From Pseudogymnoascus verrucosus (lineage: Eukaryota), in NCBI GenBank assembly GCA_001662655.1, contig KV460250.1: 64,000 nt of DNA. The stretch is one strand, 5' to 3'. Made by a program: the position numbers and the translations under genes. Shown piece after piece: positions 23,291-35,550 of the stretch; position 1 is the first letter of the stretch; every line of letters starts with the position of its first letter. The notes under the pieces were generated by a model that was not told where the DNA came from, did no database searches, and worked only from the letters and a program-made list of their open reading frames with translations.

Positions 23291-26219
23291 TTACGATACG
23301 TGAACAAACCCACGTTTCTTTTCGACCTTCTTTTCCGCCTCATCCCAAGTCTCTTCATCTATGTAGTCCGTGACGCCATGTTCTTGGATCTGGGTCCCAA
23401 CGATGCGAAGTGCAGCAAGGTTGTAGCCCATCTGATCCTTTTGTCTCTGCAGAGACTTCCTCAGGTTATTTCGGACTCCATCGAGGACGACCTTCATAGA
23501 CTTGCTTGCAACAAGTTGCTTGTGGTGAATCTTCAGCATGGAGAATAATATCCGGCAGGTCAATGGAATATTCATCGATCTTTCCGCGAAGATGTTCAAA
23601 AAGGTGAAGAGAAGTGGCAGTATCGAGAAAGGAAGGACGAGTAGAGCATCTTGAAGAGCTGCAGCCTTGATGCGTTGTAAGACGGTCATGACATGCTGCT
23701 CAGCGCTGATGTTTCCAAGAGCTAAATAAAGGGGATTCCTTGGCGGTGGAGCTGTGTTTGGGTTGGCTGCCTTTTCCAGCTTGTATTCTTCCATCAATTC
23801 ATGGTCTGCGACGCCCAGTTCTAGAGCCTCGACGATCTTTTCTCCGGCCATGAGTGTTTCGATAGTTTGCTTGCCTGCATCGCCAGCTTCGTCGTCATCA
23901 TTCCCGTCCTTCTCTAGCGAGGTTGTCAGGGTGCTCTCATACAATTCCTCCAGCTCTTTCTCCTTCTCTTCCTCGAGGAAGATTTGCTCATCAGTCTGCT
24001 CCCAGACGCGGATGCTCTTGTCGTGACTGGCACTAACAAGGAACGATCCGGTCCTGCTAACAGCCAGTGCCCAAATCTCCCCGTGATGCCCATCTAATCT
24101 CTGAATCTGCTCGAATTTATCTCCATCCCAGTACTTGATCATCTTGTCTTTGCTGCTGCTGAAGAAGTGATGCCCATTTCCATCCTGGTTATGCGGAACG
24201 AATGCTACCTGCAAAATACTGTCTTGGTGGGCAAAGAAGGCCTTGTGGCAATCACCAAAATCTAGACCCCATAGTCGAACATTTTTATCGGCAGAGCAAG
24301 TTACAATAAGCTTGCTGTCGAATGAGATATCCATATTCAAAACAGGTAGTTTGTGGCCGTATAGGTTTAGGAAGAGCTTGAGAGAGTCGTTGAAGAACAC
24401 CTTGACTGTGTTATCAAGGAGCGCAACAGCCAAGAGGCGAGAATCTGGCGAGAATTTGAGACTGAGTACGTCGTCGGCAACCTTCAGGGTCCGAGTGTGT
24501 GCCAACTGTAGTTTAGGTGTCGTGCGCTTTGTTCCAGGGATTTCTTCTTGCACGATTTCGAAGTTCCAGAATTTTGCAGACTTGTCTGCGCTACCAGACA
24601 CGACGGACCTTCCATCAGGCTGCACTTGAAGTGTCCAAATTGCTCCCTCATGTGCCTTGACTGTGTCAATTAGTACTGCAGATGCAACATCGAACAGCTC
24701 TAGCTCGCCAGCCTTTGTTCCCACCACCACAATCTTGTCACCCGGTAAGAATGAGCAACATAAAGCGTAGCCGCATTCAAATGTTCGAATACAACTCCTG
24801 GTCTTGATGTTCCAAATCTTCAGACTTCCATTTGAAGCCGAAGCTAGCATCCTGTCGTCGGAGCTCAGGGCCAAAGCTCTGATATCAACTCGGTGGCCAG
24901 GCTGGTCGACTGAGAATGCCCTCGTATAATCCGGCATTCCCTCGGCCTGAGCCTTCTTCTCCTTTGTTGGTACCTTGTAAATCTCAAGCTGGTTGTTTGT
25001 TGTCGACACGAGCAGTTCAACACTTTTTGACGACTTGCCGGATATCCAGTCGGCAGATTTAACTCGACCGCCAGTTCTAACGATGACATATTGCACAAAG
25101 ACCTCAGAGATATCAGCACTTGATACATCGTCGGCCTTATCGTCGTTTTCTTCGATGGCTTTACCCGCCGCCACAAGCTTTTCGCGCCTCCTCTTACGTT
25201 TCCTGGCAAGGCTCTTCTTAACTTCTTCAGGTGACTTGATTCTCCATATCTCTACAGCCTTTTCGGAGCCATGGACAGCAAAGAAATCTAGTTTTGGGTG
25301 GAAGGTGACCTCCAGCGCCTTGTCTTTTCCTTGCCTATGCAAAAGCCCTCGTGATGTGAGATAGTGGCGGTCGAGAGGCCTATCAACACTTTTCGTGAGT
25401 GCATATAGGCCATTGGTGTCGATCGACCACACTTTCATCTCTCCATCATTGCCAGCAGTTATGCAGCCGCTGCCATCAGGCGAGATACCAAGCGCCCAGC
25501 ATTCTCCATTCGACTGAGCGACATGTGTCTCGATACAGTGTTGCAAGCTGATATCCCAGATTTTCACGAGAGAATCTTTGCCAGTTGTTAGAAGGAAACC
25601 TTCCGATACGCCCTCTTCGGTGTCAACGGCCATCTCGTCGTCCTCCGTAGTTATTGGTGCACTCGGCTGAAGAAATTCCAGTCCAGTAATTTGGTCCTTG
25701 TGGCCTCTCAGCTTGAATAGTCCAACCTCAGCGATCAAGTCCCAGACGATCACATCTGTATCTCTAGATCCACTTGCCAGCCTCACGCCAGACTTGTCGA
25801 AAGCAAGCTTTGTGATCGCTGACTTATGCCCATTGAAACTGACAATAACAGTGGCAATTTTGGAATCCCATATCCTGATGCTGCCATCTTCGTAACCAAC
25901 AGCGAATATGTCGCGATCCGTCTTGCTCTGTGCAATTACAGTCACCTGTGATTTGCAGTCACTGGCTTTCCAGCGACTCAAAAGCTCTCCCTTTTTCACA
26001 TCCCAGCAAAGCACTTCTTCGTTTGCTGCGACAACAGCTCGACCAGCCCCAGTGTTCCGGGCGCTGCTTGACGAATTGTCGCCGAGAGTCCAGACTGCGT
26101 TCGCATGGCTTGAAGTAATGAGCCCGAAGGTCCTCGCATGCTCATATTTCCTAAAAGGGTCAGCAAAGCCTCAGAATCCATATCTGGGGAATTTTCTCTT
26201 ACAAGTATGATTTGACCAT
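23291..26219 (-). CDS. DIP2: U3 snoRNA-associated WD40 protein Utp12 (SSU processome); one 5' intron
   Basis: Start MVKSYL, many WD40 repeats, LYGHKLPVL, WGLDFGDCHKAFFAH and a C-terminal Utp12 domain. Confidence 0.95.
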
Positions 26220-26459
26220 ATTTTCAGCTCGGCGCAAAAGATATTGTCTTCTTCCAGATTTATTTTTGCGGCTTTTCGATTTCTTTATCGTTATCAGTAC
26301 CTTGTTACAACCTGAGGCAACAACCACCCGCAATCAGCCAGCCATCGATTGCGGGGCCCACATTCGTCACCACCAAACTCACTACAGCTTGACGTATCAG
26401 TACGTCCAAGGTTACGAGCATAACAGATTTCCCAGTCGGATCCTTGGGCCTCAGTCAAA

Positions 26460-27631
26460 ATGCTCCTCCTAGACTATCAGAATGTCTACATACAATCTGT
26501 GCTCACCGAGCGCTTCTCAGGGTATGGTGGCAGTTGCGACCCTCACAACCAATGCCCAGGCTAACTGTCAGACAGTGCCCCTCCAGCTTCGATCGACCAG
26601 ACAGTCTCCGACTTTGATGGAGTTACTTTCCATGTCTCTACACCTGAATCGAAGTCCAAAATTCTAGTATCTCTCCAGATTAAGTGCTACGACGAGCTTG
26701 TCAAACACGGCGCAACAAAGGTCCTGGAACGAGAGTATGGGTCTTACGTCGTTCCACCGGAGAATGGATACGACTTTTCAGTCCAGGTGGACTTGGACAA
26801 CCTGCCGGAAGACCAAGGTTTGAACTATGCCCAAATAACGACAAAGATTTGAAGCTGACATTGCAATTGATAGGCGAACGGGATGCATTGATTCGAAGCA
26901 TTTCCTTACTGAAGCGGAACGCCGTGGCTGCACCATTCGAGCAAGCTTTCGAGGAACATCACGCTCTCCATGAAGAAGCATCCAAGTTTACATCCGAAGA
27001 AGCTCCGCAGGGCGTACGAGAGGGTGGTGAGGTTAAAGCCATCCACTACCGTGAGGAGGAGGCTATTTATATCAAAGCCAGCCACGACAGAGTCACTGTC
27101 ATTTTCAGCACTGTATTCAGGGAAGAGACAGACAGAGTTTTTGGCAAGGTATTCATACAGGAGTTTGTTGACGCCAGACGAAGGGCGATACAGAATGCGC
27201 CGCAAGTACTGTACAGGACGGACCCCCCTCTCGAGCTCCAAGGTGTTCCAGGAGTAAAGGACTCGGGCACGGGTGAGATTGGCTACGTTACATTTGGTAT
27301 GCATATTGCCATCCTACCTATGGTATTAAATCTAACTTTCCAAGTTCTTTTCCCCAGGCATCTTACGAAACAGCGACGAGACGAGGTTATTTCACACATT
27401 CAAACCTTCCGTGACTACTTCCACTACCACATCAAAGCTTCCAAGGTATGAATACCGCACTGAAATATTCTACTGGTCTCTATGTACTGATTTCCCTAGG
27501 CATATATTCACTCGAGAATGCGTAGACGGACGGCCGACTTCCTCCAGGTATTACGACGGGCACGTCCAGAGAATGAGGAGAAGGAACGCAAGACTGCTAG
27601 TGGCCGTACATTCAAAGTGCAGGGGAACTGA
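26460..27631 (+). CDS. ARC35: Arp2/3 complex 34 kDa subunit (ARPC2); multi-exon
   Basis: MLLLDYQN, DFDGVTFH, DRVTVIFSTVF, FRDYFHYHIKASKAYIHSRMR. Confidence 0.97.
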
Positions 27632-28016
27632 GCGCGTCATGGGTTATGAACCCTCCTTTTTAAAGGCTAGAAATCAAACAATATCCATCGTTCAATCGAG
27701 TGCCTCTTCCAGTAGATTGAGACCCAGGTAGATGGTTGGCTGGGCAATAGAAGTTCGGGAGACAAACACTAGATTATTTTAAGTTTGATTCGAATCCGAA
27801 CATATAAATGAGATACAGTAAAAATTTGTAACAACGAGTAGTATCAAACCGTAAATATTTCCTAGGCGCGTTGCGTTGAGCTTATATCTTGTAGGGTCAC
27901 TGAGAAGGCGCCACGCCAAGGACTACTAGCTTGGAACCCCGCCAAACCTCCTTTGTCCGTCGCGAGGATATATCCACACAAGCTTCTGTTGTACTTAGAG
28001 CTAACAATCCACCGCA

Positions 28017-28900
28017 ATGCGATGGCCACCATGGTCTTCGGACGCCGGAAACGAAGATAGCAACAAGAAGCAACAGATCGCCTGGGCTGATACTCTCAAT
28101 GCCACCAATTGGTCTAACTATGCCAACCCGGAAACGGTGGTCCCAACTGTCGTGTTGACGGCAACAATCCTGTTGAGCGTTCGCGTCTACCGACTATACC
28201 TACGGCGTATCCCCGATGCGACTCATGTACAACCCGGATTCTTCAGGAAGAGGAGTCTGTTCGGGACTGTGACGAGGGTAGGAGATGGCGATAACTTTCA
28301 CCTGTTCCATACACCTGGAGGTAGATTGGCAGGTTGGGGCTGGCTGCGAAAAGTCCCGGAGAAGGCAGCTGATCTGAGAAAACACACCGTAAGGATACCA
28401 TCCGCGTCTGGTTTAATTATATTAACAAATTGTAGATTGCTGTTCGCATTGCCGGCGTCGACGCGCCCGAGGCGGCTCATTTCGGTAAAACAGCACAGCC
28501 ATATTCCGGAGAAGCTCTTACCTGGCTCAGGTCATATATATTGGGCCGGAGGGTACGAGCCCATATCTATAAACGCGATCAGTACGACCGTCTGGTAGCC
28601 ACGGTCTATGTCCGAAATGGCCTATTTCGACGCGACGTTGGACGAGAGATGTTGAAAGCAGGTCTCGCGACGGTATATGAGGCGAAATCCGGCGCAGAGT
28701 TTGGAAAGAAGGAGGATAATTACAGGAGCATTGAGGCTTGGGCGAAGTCCAAAAAGAAGGGCATGTGGGCCGGGTCACAGAAGGACTATGAAAGCCCAAG
28801 AGATTATAAGACCAGGACAGGGGGAACTGAAGAACCAAAGGCCAAGCAGAAGAAACCTGTTAAGAGCATCTTGTCAAGCATATTTGGGTCCGGGAAATGA
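28017..28900 (+). CDS. LCL3: Staphylococcal-nuclease-like endonuclease; 2 exons
   Basis: N-terminal TM helix, [48 protein letters not shown] and GMWAG. Confidence 0.92.
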
Positions 28901-30166
28901 AGTTGATTGCAGGGAGAGTCAACATGTCCTGGCCCGAAGGCTTAACTTGCAGCGCTTCAGCTATAACAAGCAAAAAAGGCAGATGTTCGGTCATTGGGAA
29001 CGACCCCCTCCAGGACTCCGTATGGGCTGGGAGACCAAGCAACGCTTCTCAGCCCGGAATGATGTCCCAAATGGCTACCCTACTGCCAGCACTACGACCA
29101 GCCCTATGATGAAAGAAGGCCGCCTATCACAATAGTACGGTACTAAGCCCATCACGGGACATCCCTTTCACCCTCCATGAAGAGACCAGGACCATTGGAT
29201 GGAGTTTCAAAGTCTCCCTAAGAGTCCATGGAGTTGAAACTACACGTGATTCACCGAGGTTATCAGACCAGTGCTGTTTGGAAATAATATAAAGAGCAGA
29301 ATCTCAATAATATGTATTCTAACCATCGCGTCTTTATTTATTCGGGTCATGAACTCCATAAAATACGATTAATTTGAAGTTGTACTGTCCATATGTTCCG
29401 TAAGCTTCGACACATGAGGCAATAATGAAACTTCAGGGACCCCTGGAAGGCCCAATCACCCCTTTCTGTTTGATACGAAATTAGGTCTCTATAATTTTTC
29501 AATTATTGGATTAACTTCTGTTCTGTTCACAGGAAACAGAAAGCTTTCAAATTCAGGGAAATGGGCGAAACGGACTGGACCCTTAAGTTGCCCTGGAACT
29601 ATGGTACCTTTCGTACCTGAACGGCTGGACCCCTTAGCTTCAAGAATAAAAAATATAGAGGTGAAGTGAGGTTTGAAATGTGAGCGGCAGCAATTGTTGA
29701 AGTCGAACAAAAATAATGTCCTATAAATGTAGCAATAGACTGTGAATCTTAGACCATAATAAGTGATGTACTGATCCCAGCCCACCCGAGGTTGTCGTCA
29801 GACATGAAGTTCCCAACCTTCTCGTATAGTTGACGTTGCAAAACACCGGCCTACCCAATCACGGAATAAGCGAAGTCGCGACCTCAGTCAGATCCTTTCC
29901 ACCTCATCTCCTAACCAGCCTCTCCACGTCACTCATCAACACCACGCTCATTCACAGAAGCACACCAGGCGATTCACGAAATACCCCGACGGAGTTACAG
30001 TTCTTTGAGGCCAACTGGAGGATACACAGATGGATTGATACCCGTGTTTACTCCAGTTTCAACCTCGACATAATCCCGACCCACCGTACCTAATTTCAAC
30101 ATCAAGTCCCTGATCGAGGGCACCACTATATATTTCCCATAAGAGCCCACGCTCTTGGCTCTAGCG

Positions 30167-33100
30167 ATGAAGTTTCCATCGTTAGTGAGTCGAGCAGCTG
30201 GGGAGCAGCTTCGTTTGTCGCAATTGTGCTTCGCCTTGGTCTCGCTCTCCCAACTATCGCAAGCAGTTACGTTCAACCCCATACCATCACCGAACCTCGA
30301 CCTCTCGCAGTTCGGCCGCGTCGGTATAGCTGGCGACTTTGATGGCATTTCATTATACGAATATGAAGGACAGAGTGAGGTTGGGCCTTCGTCAAATGGT
30401 GCCGAATCAGTTCTGGCCCGTTTCCCGGATGGAGGGTTCGCATCAGTCGCATCCTCAGATGCTAGCATCCAATCCATGTGCCCACTCGTCTCGAAGGACG
30501 GTAGCGTATCAAATGTGGTAGTGGCAGGCAACTTCACCAGCTTGGGGGGTGTGGAATCTCAGGGAATTGCGTTGTTCAACCCTAATACTTCAGCGGTCAC
30601 ACCAGTTCCCGGACTTTCAGGTCAAGTTTCGTCATTATACTGCGATCAATCCAGCAACACTGTGTACATTGGAGGAAAGTTCAAAGCTGCTAACTCGACG
30701 AACGCTGCCTCACTGAACAGCACCCACGGCTTGACGGATCTTCCTTTCCTTGGATTCAATGGCCCTGTTACCTCTATCACGAAGTCCTCCGCCGGCAAAA
30801 TCATATTTGGGGGGTCTTTCACTGGCCTTGGAAACGCCTCTGTCATTAGCGACCCAGACCAGCAGATCATCAACATAGCTAAAGCCGGGATTACATCTGG
30901 ACCTGATGCGACAAGCGCTGACTTTGCCGATCCCAAGAACATCATTTGCAAGGAAACTGGCGCGGATGGCCCTGGCAACACATGGCTGCTCGCAGACAAC
31001 GCAGGCGGATTCTGGAGGGCTGATTTTGGATTTGGATTCCAGCCTACCAAACTGCGACTATGGAATACGCATCTGGATGGAAGGGGAACGAAGACATGGC
31101 GGTATACTGCTATGCCGATCAATGGCATCATGAACTTCACCTATGTTGACCCTGCGACTGGCGCCAACTCGTCTTGTAGTTCGGAATGCCCGTTGTCAAA
31201 TGATCCCAGTGTTACCTTCCAGGATTTCTTTTTCGTCAATGTTATCGGCATGAGCATGTTCCAGATTGATATAACCGACTGGTATGGAAGTGGCGCTGGA
31301 CTTACAGGCATCAAGCTTTTCGAAGACGACATTTACTCCTATGCCATTAACGATTTCAATGAACCCGAGTGCGCCGTCTCTTCGTCCACAGTCTCAAAGG
31401 CAACTGTCGCTGGGCCTTGGGAAGTTACTCCTTCTCGCCAAAGCGTGTCGAATTATCTTACTCTGAAGATTGATGGATCAAAAGCTTCCTCGGACTCCGA
31501 ATCTATAGAGTTCTTCCCTCACATCAAAGAAGCTGGAAACTACTCGGTCAATATCTACACACCCGGTTGCATCCAGGACGATAGTTGCGCATCTCGTGGA
31601 CAAGTTCGCGTCACTGGTACCATGAGCGCTGGGTCGAGCGAACCAGCTTTCCAGACTGATGTCTTTCAGACCAACAACTTCGACAAGTATGATCAGATAT
31701 ACATTGGCTATATCGACGCAAGTAGCGACTCATTCCGGCCTTCCATCAAACTTGCCCCGAGTTCTGGACAGACTGGACAGGTGACAGCTGTGGCAAATAG
31801 AGTCGGGTTTACTCTTCTTGACTCAGCTGGTGGCTTGAATAGCTTATTTGAATTCGACCCCTCGAAGAAGTCCGTAGATGGAAGTGAATTTGCAAAGTCT
31901 GCTATTGATAAAGCTGGTAGCGCACTGAGCCCTGGCGCGGACATCAAAGCTCTTGCCACTTCTGGGGATATCACCATTGCAGCAGGAAACTACAGCGCCG
32001 AGGGAATGAACAACATTTTCGGCGTCAACAAGACCAGCTCGTTCAGCCTAACGGGCGATGGCCTGAATGGTGTTATATATACCCTGTTCGTCAACGGCAG
32101 TATCGTTTACATTGGTGGAGAATTCGACAACACAAGTAAAGCCAACACGAAGGGGCTGAACAATGTGGCTGCCTACGATGTATCAAAAGACACATGGAAC
32201 ACCCTGGGCGCCGGCGTCAACGGACGGGTTATAGACATCGTTCCGTTTGCTGTCAACTTCACTAATGGAGCACTTGAAACAGTAATTTCTCTCACAGGAA
32301 ACTTCGATGAGATCAATGCCTTCGGGGCCAACAAGTCCATTCCAGTTTCTGGATTTGCAATCTGGGTTCCCTCGCGAGGCAACTGGCTTCAAAACCTCAA
32401 AGCAACGCAGATGTCGTTCGATGGCAAGTTGACGACAGCTGTTGACCTTCCAAACGGCGGCGGCTCGTTGTTTTCAGGCTCGCTAGCTTCTTCGCAGGTT
32501 GGCGCCCATGGTGCTGCTGCTTTAACCGATGGAAAGATCAGTAGCTTTCCCGTGGATATTCAAGCAAAAACCAAGTCATCGAGCTCTATTTCCAAGAGAG
32601 CAACTTCAGCCAATAACACATTATCGGGCGTCGTCACTGGCCACTTCTACGAAGCGAACGGAATCAACGTGACAATCTTTGGAGGACACTTTGAAGCTAA
32701 GGCTACGGATGGTTCTACGATAAACAATCTGCTCATCCTTGACGGGGAAAAATCCGACACCGTGACTGGCCTTTCTCAACTCAGGAATGACTCTACAGTT
32801 ATGGCTCTTGCAAGCAATGACGACGTTTTGTGGGTTGGCGGAGCGCTCAAGGGAACGGTAAATGGAGCCAGCATCAACGGTCTCGTCAGTTACAATCTGA
32901 AGACGAGAACCACACCTATCCAGCCTCCAGCGCTTGCTGGCGATGAAGTGATCGTTTCTGCCATCAGCATCAGAGAAAGCACAGGAGATATTTATGTAGC
33001 TGGAAGCTTCGACCATGCGGGTTCCCTCGACTGCCCTGGACTTTGCGTCTTTACCGCAGCCGCTACTCAGTGGAATCGTCCAGGCACCATGTCTGGGACG

Positions 33101-33862
33101 GTGAACACGCTGGCATGGCAAAGTGCTGACACGCTCATTGTCGGTGGATTGCTCGAAGTATCAGGGAACAAGACTTCATTGGCCTCCTACGACGCGAAGG
33201 CTCAGGTCTGGACCGAGTTCGATGGAGGTTCCACGATCCCAGGAGCGATTACTTCATTTACTCCAGCCTCAAAGGATACATCGCAGTTCTGGGTCTCAGG
33301 AGTTGCAACGAACGGATCGGCTTTCTTGATGAAGTATGATGGTTCGAAGTGGAGCTCTGTCGGATACACTCTGGGATCGAAGTCTGAAATCCGCAGCATC
33401 CAAGTCCTTCCGTTGTCAGAAGGTCACACATCTACAGATCTCATCCCATCCAGCTACGTCTTATTGCTCACTGGATCTCTCAACCTGCCATCCTTCGGCA
33501 ACGCCTCTGCCGTCCTCTTCAACGGAACCGCCTTCCAGCCATACGCTCTAACTAGCACCTCCGACAAGCGATCCGGCAGCATCTCCAAGATCTTCTCGCA
33601 GCAGCAAAACGTCTTCGAAGACGGCAAAAGCCACCTCGCACTCGGCCTCATCGTCCTAATCGGCCTCGCCATCGCCCTCGCCTTGATATTCCTCCTGGTC
33701 GTCGCTGGCATCATTGCCGAACGTCTCCGCCGCAAGCGTGAGGGCTACGTGCCTGCACCAACGAATATGTTCGACAAGACGAGCCAGATGAACCGTCTTC
33801 CCCCGGAGCAGATCTTTGGAACCCTCGGGAAGAATCGCGGGTCAGTCGCGCCGGCGATATGA
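30167..33862 (+). CDS. RAX2: Rax2 cell-polarity/bud-site selection membrane protein, intronless
   Basis: Signal peptide, beta-propeller-type repeats (YIGGxF), GGFWRADFGFGFQPTKLRL, YTPGCIQD, FQTNNFDKYDQIY and one C-terminal TM helix. Confidence 0.92.
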   Translation: MKFPSLVSRAAGEQLRLSQLCFALVSLSQLSQAVTFNPIPSPNLDLSQFGRVGIAGDFDGISLYEYEGQSEVGPSSNGAESVLARFPDGGFASVASSDASIQSMCPLVSKDGSVSNVVVAGNFTSLGGVESQGIALFNPNTSAVTPVPGLSGQVSSLYCDQSSNTVYIGGKFKAANSTNAASLNSTHGLTDLPFLGFNGPVTSITKSSAGKIIFGGSFTGLGNASVISDPDQQIINIAKAGITSGPDATSADFADPKNIICKETGADGPGNTWLLADNAGGFWRADFGFGFQPTKLRLWNTHLDGRGTKTWRYTAMPINGIMNFTYVDPATGANSSCSSECPLSNDPSVTFQDFFFVNVIGMSMFQIDITDWYGSGAGLTGIKLFEDDIYSYAINDFNEPECAVSSSTVSKATVAGPWEVTPSRQSVSNYLTLKIDGSKASSDSESIEFFPHIKEAGNYSVNIYTPGCIQDDSCASRGQVRVTGTMSAGSSEPAFQTDVFQTNNFDKYDQIYIGYIDASSDSFRPSIKLAPSSGQTGQVTAVANRVGFTLLDSAGGLNSLFEFDPSKKSVDGSEFAKSAIDKAGSALSPGADIKALATSGDITIAAGNYSAEGMNNIFGVNKTSSFSLTGDGLNGVIYTLFVNGSIVYIGGEFDNTSKANTKGLNNVAAYDVSKDTWNTLGAGVNGRVIDIVPFAVNFTNGALETVISLTGNFDEINAFGANKSIPVSGFAIWVPSRGNWLQNLKATQMSFDGKLTTAVDLPNGGGSLFSGSLASSQVGAHGAAALTDGKISSFPVDIQAKTKSSSSISKRATSANNTLSGVVTGHFYEANGINVTIFGGHFEAKATDGSTINNLLILDGEKSDTVTGLSQLRNDSTVMALASNDDVLWVGGALKGTVNGASINGLVSYNLKTRTTPIQPPALAGDEVIVSAISIRESTGDIYVAGSFDHAGSLDCPGLCVFTAAATQWNRPGTMSGTVNTLAWQSADTLIVGGLLEVSGNKTSLASYDAKAQVWTEFDGGSTIPGAITSFTPASKDTSQFWVSGVATNGSAFLMKYDGSKWSSVGYTLGSKSEIRSIQVLPLSEGHTSTDLIPSSYVLLLTGSLNLPSFGNASAVLFNGTAFQPYALTSTSDKRSGSISKIFSQQQNVFEDGKSHLALGLIVLIGLAIALALIFLLVVAGIIAERLRRKREGYVPAPTNMFDKTSQMNRLPPEQIFGTLGKNRGSVAPAI

Positions 33863-34814
33863 GAGGACACCGAAGAAAGAAGAAGAAGAAGCGGATTTGT
33901 TTATGAAAGCGAGGCGTTATTTGCGATTTTTTGTTTTTACGGAGTTCAGGATAGGAGGGACAATTTGCGAGCGAATGTTTCGATATATCGCGCCTCTCTC
34001 CAGAGTTCAGATAGGAGATACCCACGCAACCTGCGCCGGAGAGTTTGACAGCGACAACTCGACTACCTTCAGCGGCTGTTCACATACATATACTACATGT
34101 ACTATTGCGGTCTTGCAGTTATATCTAGGGGGTTGCGCAACACCGGATACCTCTAATGATTTGATTTTCTTGTTTCCTATGTTCTATTTTTCTCTCAAGT
34201 CTTCTCGCAAGCTACACTACTACAGTCTCGATCACAATTTTTTCATTTTTTTGTCTGGGGGAAGAAGATACGTGTATCATAGGATGGGCGGGCGGTGTCT
34301 GAGGATGAAGGATGGCAGTGCAGGATAGGGGGAACGGGACGGAGTGGGATTCTAATGGGTGATAGTGTAAATGGAAATTTTCGCACACAAACGGGCTGGG
34401 GAGGCAAACAAATCTCTCTCAGACAGGGGGAGGGGGGAATGGATTGGGGGGGAATGAAGATAACAGAGTCCTGAGCCAAAAAAAATCCTTCTGAATGAGA
34501 CAAGCCAGCACATATATCTCTCGTCTTTTGACTATGGCCGTTGACCAATCCATACATGCCCAGCCAGCGCTTTAGAGCGGGAAATGTGACCGACTGACTG
34601 ACTGACTACTGACTGAGTAAGTGAGAATTGACGCAACTCAGACAACCCCCCCTCTCCCCCGCCACCCTTCCTCCCCGAAATCCCCGAAATCTAAGACCCC
34701 CCGTGAATAGGGGCGTACTGTGCTGTGTAGTGTCTGTGTTATGTGGTAACGCAATGTCTCACCTCACTCACATACAACAAAAATTGTGAGATTATCGATA
34801 TGCGCGCATGCGGA

Positions 34815-34875
34815 GAATGTCTGAGATGAGTATGCGATGTACCGTAACGTGCTGTGAATGTCTGAGATGAGTATG
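34815..34875. repeat. 20-bp perfect direct repeat GAATGTCTGAGATGAGTATG x2 with a 21-bp spacer
   Basis: Copies at 34815-34834 and 34856-34875. Confidence 0.9.
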
Positions 34876-35467
34876 TAGAGGTTTGCACGGGATCACATCG
34901 GGAGGGTATGTGTCGGTTCCCGTCGTCGTGGATGCACGCACATACAGAGATTTGGGGGATGGGGGATGGGATGGGGGGTGAATGGTGGTAGCTTCATCAG
35001 CGTCGTCGGTGCTGCTGTGGTGGTGCTTGGTGCTGTTGTGCACATAGGGGAAGTAAGGGGCCCGCACCCGCACCCTCACCACCCACCAGCCAGCCAGCCT
35101 ACTATCCAACACACACCACCCAGTAAACCACCACCGGCACCCGTGCTTACGACTGTCAGCAAACGCTCCTCCGTCCGTCTCCCTTTCCAGGTGCCGACCG
35201 AGCTCCTCCTCTTCCTCACCCATCAATCCGCGCCGTCCACACCACACCACACACACCACGGCATCCATTCCTCCAATCCCACACCCACAAGTCGGGGATG
35301 CGAACCCGCTCCGAGGGTCGGCAGATGGGGGGACTAGCGGGGCGTGGTGCAGGGGAGATTGCAGCGGGGACGGGGGGGAAGGAGGCTGTGCTGGGGGACT
35401 AGTAGGGGGGTGTGGGGGGAGGTGGTGGTGGGAGTGGGTGGGATGTGGGATGGTGATGGGGAGTGGT

Positions 35468-35550
35468 GGGAGGGTAGAGGGTAGAGGGTACAGAGGGTTA
35501 GGATGGTTAGAGTGTAGAGGGTAAGATGGGTTAGAGGGTGAGATGGTTAG
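35468..35550 (+). repeat. Degenerate GGGTAGA/GGTTAG G-tract array, a potential G-quadruplex
   Basis: GGGAGGGTAGAGGGTAGAGGGTACAGAGGG matches the G3-N1-7 pattern with five tracts. Confidence 0.7.

Noticed and set aside
34815..34875. Repeat-spacer-repeat as a CRISPR-like array
   Set aside because: Only two short repeats, in a eukaryotic genome with no cas genes.
35490..35550. Telomere-like GGGTTA units (interstitial telomere or telomerase RNA template); also TTAGGGTT near 57510
   Set aside because: There is no tandem TTAGGG array and no full TAACCCTAA template match; I saw no other TER features.
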